Below are positions 7,707 to 12,078 of a DNA stretch of 12,078 nucleotides, piece after piece (the stretch's first letter is position 1; each line of letters starts with the position of its first letter). The stretch covers positions 1 to 12,078 of the forward strand of contig CAXXHG010000004.1 of the NCBI GenBank assembly GCA_963666315.2, read 5' to 3'. This stretch comes from Candidatus Binatia bacterium. GTDB taxonomy: Bacteria > Desulfobacterota > Binatia > Bin18. The translations under genes were made by a program, and so were the position numbers. The notes under the pieces were generated by a model, which was given only the letters and a program-made list of their open reading frames with translations, searched no databases and was not told where the DNA came from.

Positions 7707-9935
7707 AGGCCGGATACCTTTAAAGTGTAACTTGAGAATAGGTGGTATAGGCCGGGGTTGGCGTCAACAATGCGGATTATCTGGCCGGGCTTATCCGCCG
7801 CCATGGGCAGCGTAATGCTGGCGCTGCCTTCCAGTTGCGTGATTTTTTTAAGCGTTTGCCTCGTGTTTCGTCATATACTTCAATATGAAAACGGAACTCG
7901 GGATTGGGAAAGGCAATATCGATCTGTACTCTAACACCGCCTGCACCGCCTGATGATAGACCGGTGATGCGATAGCTGTCGGCTCGATCTTCAAGGCCGA
8001 GGTGAGCCGCGATCTCTTCGTCCAGTGGAAGGACCATGGCCTCAGACACGGGTTCGTCCACGGCGACCATGCCGTTATAACGATCGCCCGCCTCCTGGAT
8101 GTCAAGATCGAACAGCGCATCGCGGTGGACGGCATTGTAGTTATCGCCCACAGTGAAGTAGAAGCCCCGGCCACTAGTATCCATGTAATGCATCATGGCG
8201 GACTTCCCGACCTTACCCCCGGCCCGTGCGACGCGGCCCTTAATCTTCTTGCGGTCGGGCCTGTAGATGTGGATTGAGACCCGATCCACGACGTAGTCGG
8301 CCTCTTTCACATTCCCGTCGCGGCCTCGGACTAAGGCGCGTGCTTGGAGCGTATCCCACACCACGCCGCGTTGGCCTTTTTGGGTCGGCACAAAGAAATA
8401 GGCGAACTGTACTTTGGGCAAATGGTTCTTGAGCGTATAGCGTCCCGGTTCCAATCGGACGGCGCTGTCGAAACCTGCGCCGCCTTCAATCGGACGGGTG
8501 TAGCGTGCATCGGCCTCGGCAATCTGTTCCCAGACCTCATCCACAATGGTTCTGAGGCTGTCGATCAGGGTGTGGTAATTGTTGGCATCGTAATAGTGTC
8601 CCTGACCAGCCTCGGCAACCGCCCGGAGTTGATCTCTTGCCTTGTCATCTAGATCAAAGCCTATGACGTGCACCCGCACGTCGATGCCGGCCGCACGTAA
8701 GGCTTCGATGGCGGCAACAGGGTCGCCGCCGCAGGTTTCGTCGCCGTCGCTGATGAGGAGAATGGTTGGACGTTGGTCTTTATACGGTGCCAGGTCGCTG
8801 CCCGCCAGACGTAAACTCTCGCCTATGGCTCTGTATAGCCATAGGCGGTCAGCCGTTGCGCTGTTGCCACGATCCGGTCTATATGTTGGTCTGGCTGCTT
8901 CCTGTCGAAATTCACCAGGAGTTCGGTATTCGGGCAGGATGCCTCTTTGGTCTTTTCGAGGCTCGTATCAAAACCACAGGCGCGAAAGGCGAGGCCGATC
9001 AATTCGCTCTCTAGCGCCTGGGCTGGTTCTTTCAGAGCCTGTTTGGCAATAGCGATTTTAGTTCTTCCTTCAAGCCGCTGGAGCATAGACCCCGAGGAAT
9101 CCAGGATGATTTTCAGGTTTAACACCGGCTCAGCCGGTTGTTCTGATTCAGCTTCTTCTTCCTCTTGGTGTGGAGGAGTTTCTTCGTCTGGCGGAAGAGG
9201 GATAACTCTCACTAGCGCTGCGCCGGATTCAGGCACGTTTAACACGAGCTCTGACAGTTGGGGCGGGTCTTGTGTTGCGGACGGGACAACGTTCCGTCCC
9301 GCTCCGAGCGCCGTAGCCAGCGCCTGCTTGAGGCTGTCAAAATTCGAGCCTAAGTAGAATTTACCGCCACCTGCCAGCGCGATGCCGCCGAGTTGGACAA
9401 GACCTTCATCGCCAATACCAATCGCATCAACCGGAACTCCCATATCAAACAGCTGTTGAGCGACTTCTTCCGGCTCGCCGTCATACGTCTCCAGGCCGTC
9501 TGAGAGTAAAATAATTTTTCGGCTACCCGGTATTCCTTGCAAGTCGTCCAATGCTAATGACAACGCTCGACCAAGCGGAGTCTTTTGGCCAACGGGGTCA
9601 CGTTCCGCCACAATCTGTGAGATTTGTATGCGGCCGCCGCTTTGCAAGGGCACGACCAACTCGCTCTCCTGACAGGCCATGTCTTCATCTCTATTCCTCT
9701 CATGGGCGAACAACTGCAGGCCAAAAACGGTGCAGGCCGGGATATCTTGCATGACTTCACTGAAGACTCGACGCGCCGCTTCGATCCGGGTCATATTCTC
9801 CAGCTTACGGGTCATGCTGTGAGAGAGGTCGAACAGGAAGAGAATATGGTCCGGATTGTCCGCCGCCCTAGTGGTTGCGCTGAGAGGGGCAAAACACAGC
9901 AGTGAACACAGCAGCGTGAAAAACGTATATTTCAT
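7703..9935 (-). pseudogene. Exported tandem vWA-domain protein (~745 codons) interrupted by two frameshifts (track ORFs 8823..9935 and 7777..8679)
   Basis: Signal peptide MKYTFFTLLCSLLCFAPLSATTRA. vWA1 has DLSHSM...TPLG...IILLSDGLET, followed by a Pro/Glu linker. vWA2 has DSSGSM...GYT/P and continues in another frame as IGESLRLAGSDL...ILLISDGDETCGGDP...HVIGFD. A second shift at the A7 run (7843-7849) gives ITQLEGSASITLP...SYTLKVSGL-TGA (7705-7703), overlapping the next ATG. Confidence 0.85.
8820..8847. repeat. Perfect 11-bp inverted repeat with 6-nt loop at the first vWA frameshift
   Basis: CGCCTATGGCT-ctgtat-AGCCATAGGCG; it contains the premature TAG at 8825-8823. Confidence 0.9.
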
Positions 9936-10128
9936 ATTATTTTTCCGATTTTAACTTGGATCTGATGCGGTCCCTCTCAGATGAATCGGCAAAAAACTGC
10001 CGCCTCGGCGGGCGAGAGGTCAGGGTGAGGTTGGGCTGATTGCATTGAACCCTCTTCGGACTCAACAAAGACAGGATTCCAAAGAAGAAAGCCAAAACAG
10101 AGCAGGATAGTGAGAAAGGGCCGCTTCT

Positions 10129-10464
10129 TCATCGGACAACCCAGCAGCCGTGCTGATGAATGGCGTCATACATAGCGTCGGGTGCAAGGTCTGCGCCATT
10201 TGGCCAGTGTACGGCACCCATTCGGAGATCGACACGGGCGAAGAAGTCTGGGGCGCGCAGGGCCTCGAACACTGTTCCTTCAACCTGGGGGTCCTGAAGA
10301 AACGCGCTGAGGTCTACTTGCCCTTGCGTACCGTCTACGAAGGTGACTTGTAAGTGCATCTCAGATAATGCAGTTACTGATAGAAGCCTCCACGGCGCCG
10401 TATTTCGTATCTGCGGTGCTACTTCAGAGGTTTGATCGAATTCGGGGGTTGTAGCTGACTGCAT
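10129..10464 (-). CDS. DUF2442-family protein, putative antitoxin
   Basis: LQVTFVDGTQGQVDL...VFEALRAPDFFARV...GAVHWPNGADLAPDAMY is the DUF2442 pattern. ATG at 10464 has GGAGGA upstream and overlaps the DUF4160 gene by 46 nt. Confidence 0.85.
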   Translation of the reverse strand: MQSATTPEFDQTSEVAPQIRNTAPWRLLSVTALSEMHLQVTFVDGTQGQVDLSAFLQDPQVEGTVFEALRAPDFFARVDLRMGAVHWPNGADLAPDAMYDAIHQHGCWVVR

Positions 10465-10679
10465 AGAGTCCAATCCTCCATAAGTTCGTCGCGGCGCTCT
10501 GCTGCCCATTCGAGAACAAGAGCCATGGCACGACGAGGCAGCGATCCGCGGAATACGCGAAGCTCACGCACATCTATGAGTGCTTCATGTTCAGCATACA
10601 GAGCATGAAAATGTGGCGGTCCGTGATCCAGCCAGAACATCTGAATCACGATACCATAAAATACGCTGATCGTTGGCAT
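10419..10679 (-). CDS. DUF4160-family protein, putative toxin
   Basis: 86 aa MPTISVFYGIVIQMFWLDHGPPHFHALY...GSLPRRAMALVLEWA...ELMEDW...IKPLK is the typical DUF4160 pattern. The start at 10679 is preferred over the track's 10751. Confidence 0.9.
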   Translation of the reverse strand: MPTISVFYGIVIQMFWLDHGPPHFHALYAEHEALIDVRELRVFRGSLPRRAMALVLEWAAERRDELMEDWTLCSQLQPPNSIKPLK

Positions 10680-10711
10680 TGGGCATTCCATTGATATAGA
10701 GGGATCTCCAT

Positions 10712-10870
10712 CTAGTTTATTCTCCTTCGTTCCTTTGGTGATGCCGTCCAAGCACTGATAATACGGATGTGTTCCTTACTCTCAGTATATGACACAACAA
10801 GAATGCAGTTGAGTGATGAGTGGCCAATATTGAGAAACCGGAATTCTCCTACAGAATGATCTGGGTCCGA
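10712..10870 (-). pseudogene. brnT: 5'-truncated BrnT-family toxin remnant
   Basis: DPDHSVGEFRFLNIGHSSLNCILVVSYTESKEHIRIISAWTASPKERR matches the C-terminal half of BrnT. The N-terminal FEWD..K...N..KHG part is absent, IISAR is changed to IISAW, and no BrnA follows. Confidence 0.75.
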
Positions 10871-10943
10871 ACAAGTATGCCGCCAGGCGGTACCCAAGGT
10901 CAATTGAGTTGAGCTGTTGGTGTCTCGGTTCAAGACTTTGTTA

Positions 10944-11073
10944 GAGGGTCTTTGGAAAAGGGAGAGGAGGTGTCATCGCGAGGAGCCGTAGGCGACGAAG
11001 CAATCTCTTTTCCCGCTACTGTTTGCTTCGCTTCGCTCGCAATGACGTGTACCGCGACTTTCCAAACACCCTC
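10944..11073. mobile_element. Putative MITE (130 bp) with 15-bp terminal inverted repeats
   Basis: Left GAGGGTCTTTGGAAA (10944-10958) and right TTTCCAAACACCCTC (11059-11073) are complementary at 14 of 15 positions. No coding capacity and no clean target-site duplication (TTA left, AGG right). Confidence 0.6.
10972..11046. repeat. REP-like palindromic element of the GTCATTGCGAG...GAAGCAATC / TTGCTTCG...CTCGCAATGAC type
   Basis: Outer arms GTCATCGCGAG / CTCGCAATGAC match 10 of 11; inner arms CGAAGCAA (10996-11003) / TTGCTTCG (11023-11030) match perfectly. Confidence 0.8.
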
Positions 11074-11115
11074 AGGATAGGGAGTTTCATCGCAGATGAT
11101 GGCGTCCTAGGATGG

Positions 11116-11545
11116 ATGCAGACGCGAGATCTTCTGGCCGACTACATCGAAAATCACAGCCTGTGTCCCGGCGCCGGCACGGTCGATGAGTGGCTGGACA
11201 AGAACTGGGTCGAGGTCCGCGTCGGTCAGCGGTTGATTCCGCTGTGGGGTCTCAAGAAAGCGCTCACCGCTCACGACGTACATCATGCGCTGACCGCCTA
11301 TCCAATCACTCCTACAGGCGAGTGCGAGCTGGCCGGCTGGGAACTGATGAGCGGCGGATGCCGCTGGAACCTGGTCTTCTGGATAGACCGGCTCGGCGCT
11401 TTCGCGCCCGGCCGCGAGCATCTCCCCCCGCGCAACCCTGCGAGCGCTTCGCCGCGGCCGGGGCTGCCGCAATCTCTACGGCATGCGCGAGCGAGAGATG
11501 CTCGCGGCCGACGTACAAGCTCTGCGTGAGCGAATGCGCCTCTCA
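11116..11545 (+). pseudogene. Small Coq4-like metal-binding protein (HDxxH-x11-E), frameshifted near 11405-11412
   Basis: From ATG 11116: MQTRDLLADY...KKALTAHDVHHALTAYPITPTGECELAGWELMSGGC...; plausible protein continues in the +1 frame as AASISPRATLRALRRGRGCRNLYGMREREMLAADVQALRERMRL. The 3' end is uncertain; TCA at 11543-11545 may be a mutated stop. Confidence 0.6.
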
Positions 11546-11579
11546 GCGGATGGCACCGGGCGCATCTGGATTGGCCCCG

Positions 11580-11684
11580 TCAGCGTGAGCTTAGTGCCGC
11601 AATTTCGGCTTCCAGGTCTTCGACCTCGGGGCGGCGGCGACCGTAGTCCATGGCCTCGATCAGGTCCTTGGCTTTGTCGAAGGA
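11580..11684 (-). pseudogene. Orphan C-terminal gene fragment resembling the tail of TPR-repeat proteins
   Basis: Minus frame FDKAKDLIEAMDYGRRRPEVEDLEAEIAALSSR-TGA with GC3-rich, coding-like codons. It resembles the AKxLIxxxGYxRRxxEVxxLE tail I recall from large NTPase/TPR proteins. Upstream sequence does not look coding. Confidence 0.4.
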
Positions 11685-11904
11685 GGAGGAAGGACCGACT
11701 CGACGAAGGCTGGCCCGAACCGGGCGACGGCTTCGCATATGTTGCGTGTTGCACTACACACCACTCTGGCCGGTCTCGAGCAGATCGAACAGTATCGCAT
11801 CCATATATTTTTTTAATTGCGCGACTTCCTGTTTTGTCGTCGCGACGTGGGTGGATAGAGAGGCACGGTTGTAAATAGCCCGTGCAACGGCTCCAATTTA
11901 ATAG

Positions 11905-11964
11905 GGCTAACGGTCTGCCGCTCATCAGCTGCGGGACGCAGTCCGATGCAGCGGCGTGTTAGCC
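11905..11964 (-). mobile_element. Integron attC recombination site (60 bp)
   Basis: Minus strand: R'' GGCTAAC, spacer ACGCC, L'' GCT[G]CATC, GG[A]CTGCG-TCC-CGCAGCT, L' GATGAGC, spacer GGCAGACC, R' GTTAGCC. R boxes are perfectly complementary, two extrahelical bases sit at the usual positions, and the site is 12 nt downstream of a stop codon. Confidence 0.85.
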
Positions 11965-11976
11965 GGCACCTTGGGG

Positions 11977-12078
11977 TTATTTTGGGCGCCGCACGGCATC
12001 TAGGGCCATGAAGGCGAACGCGACAGCGAGTAGAACGATTGTGGAAAGAATTTCCATGCCTATAGCTCCTCCAGCGCA
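11977..12078 (-). CDS. 3' end of a putative membrane protein (gene-cassette ORF), or a 26-aa membrane peptide from ATG 12057
   Basis: Frame open from the right edge: CAGGAIGMEILSTIVLLAVAFAFMALDAVRRPK-TAA, with a hydrophobic helix and basic tail, directly followed by the attC site. Confidence 0.55.
   Translation of the reverse strand, partial: CAGGAIGMEILSTIVLLAVAFAFMALDAVRRPK

Noticed and set aside
10011-10031. GGCGAGAGGTCAGGGTGAGG resembling the GGGAGAGGG...GGGTGAGGG intergenic repeat family
   Set aside because: Too degenerate and lacks the complementary arm, so it was not called.
10860-10946. Possible second attC (minus strand CTCTAAC-AAAGT-CTTGAACC...)
   Set aside because: Only a left half is suggested; there is no matching L' or GTTRRRY box downstream, and part of the motif belongs to the MITE-like end.
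11023-11115. Track start at 11023 for the Coq4-like ORF
   Set aside because: This extension reads through the palindromic repeat and terminal repeat; ATG 11116 is more plausible.
11818-11886. Short hairpins CGCGAC...GTCGCG and GCACGG...CCGTGC as an ncRNA or terminator
   Set aside because: 6-bp stems are expected by chance, with no recognisable RNA family or U-tract.
11107-11925. Overlapping Arg/Pro-rich ORFs (11107..11472, 11190..11588, 11312..11518, 11476..11925, 11650..11874 and the tail of 11483..11878)
   Set aside because: Composition typical of off-frame translation of GC-rich DNA; no motifs.
1-12078. CRISPR array, tRNA, rRNA, transposase or integrase gene
   Set aside because: I saw no regularly spaced repeats, cloverleaf, rRNA-like sequence or recombinase motifs by eye.

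Overview
Bacterial chromosomal window with two parts. The left part (1-5870, all minus strand) is intact housekeeping DNA: a YqgE/AlgH-family gene with an unusual N-terminal signal/TM segment, a three-gene biotin-dependent acyl-CoA (propionyl-CoA-type) carboxylase cluster (carboxyltransferase, biotin carboxylase, biotin carrier), and a tandem-domain thyX that runs off the left edge and is missing from the ORF track. The right part (about 5980-12078) is accessory and decaying. It holds a translationally coupled pair of exported-protein genes: a double-vWA protein broken by two frameshifts (one inside a perfect hairpin, one at an A7 run with a possible pseudoknot) and an unknown protein with two internal repeats broken by one frameshift. 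It also holds an intact DUF4160/DUF2442 toxin-antitoxin pair, a truncated BrnT toxin remnant, a 130-bp MITE-like element enclosing a REP-like palindrome, a frameshifted Coq4-motif gene, a gene-tail remnant, and a canonical 60-bp integron attC site behind a membrane-protein ORF at the right edge. All family calls come from motif recognition by eye; no database searches were run.
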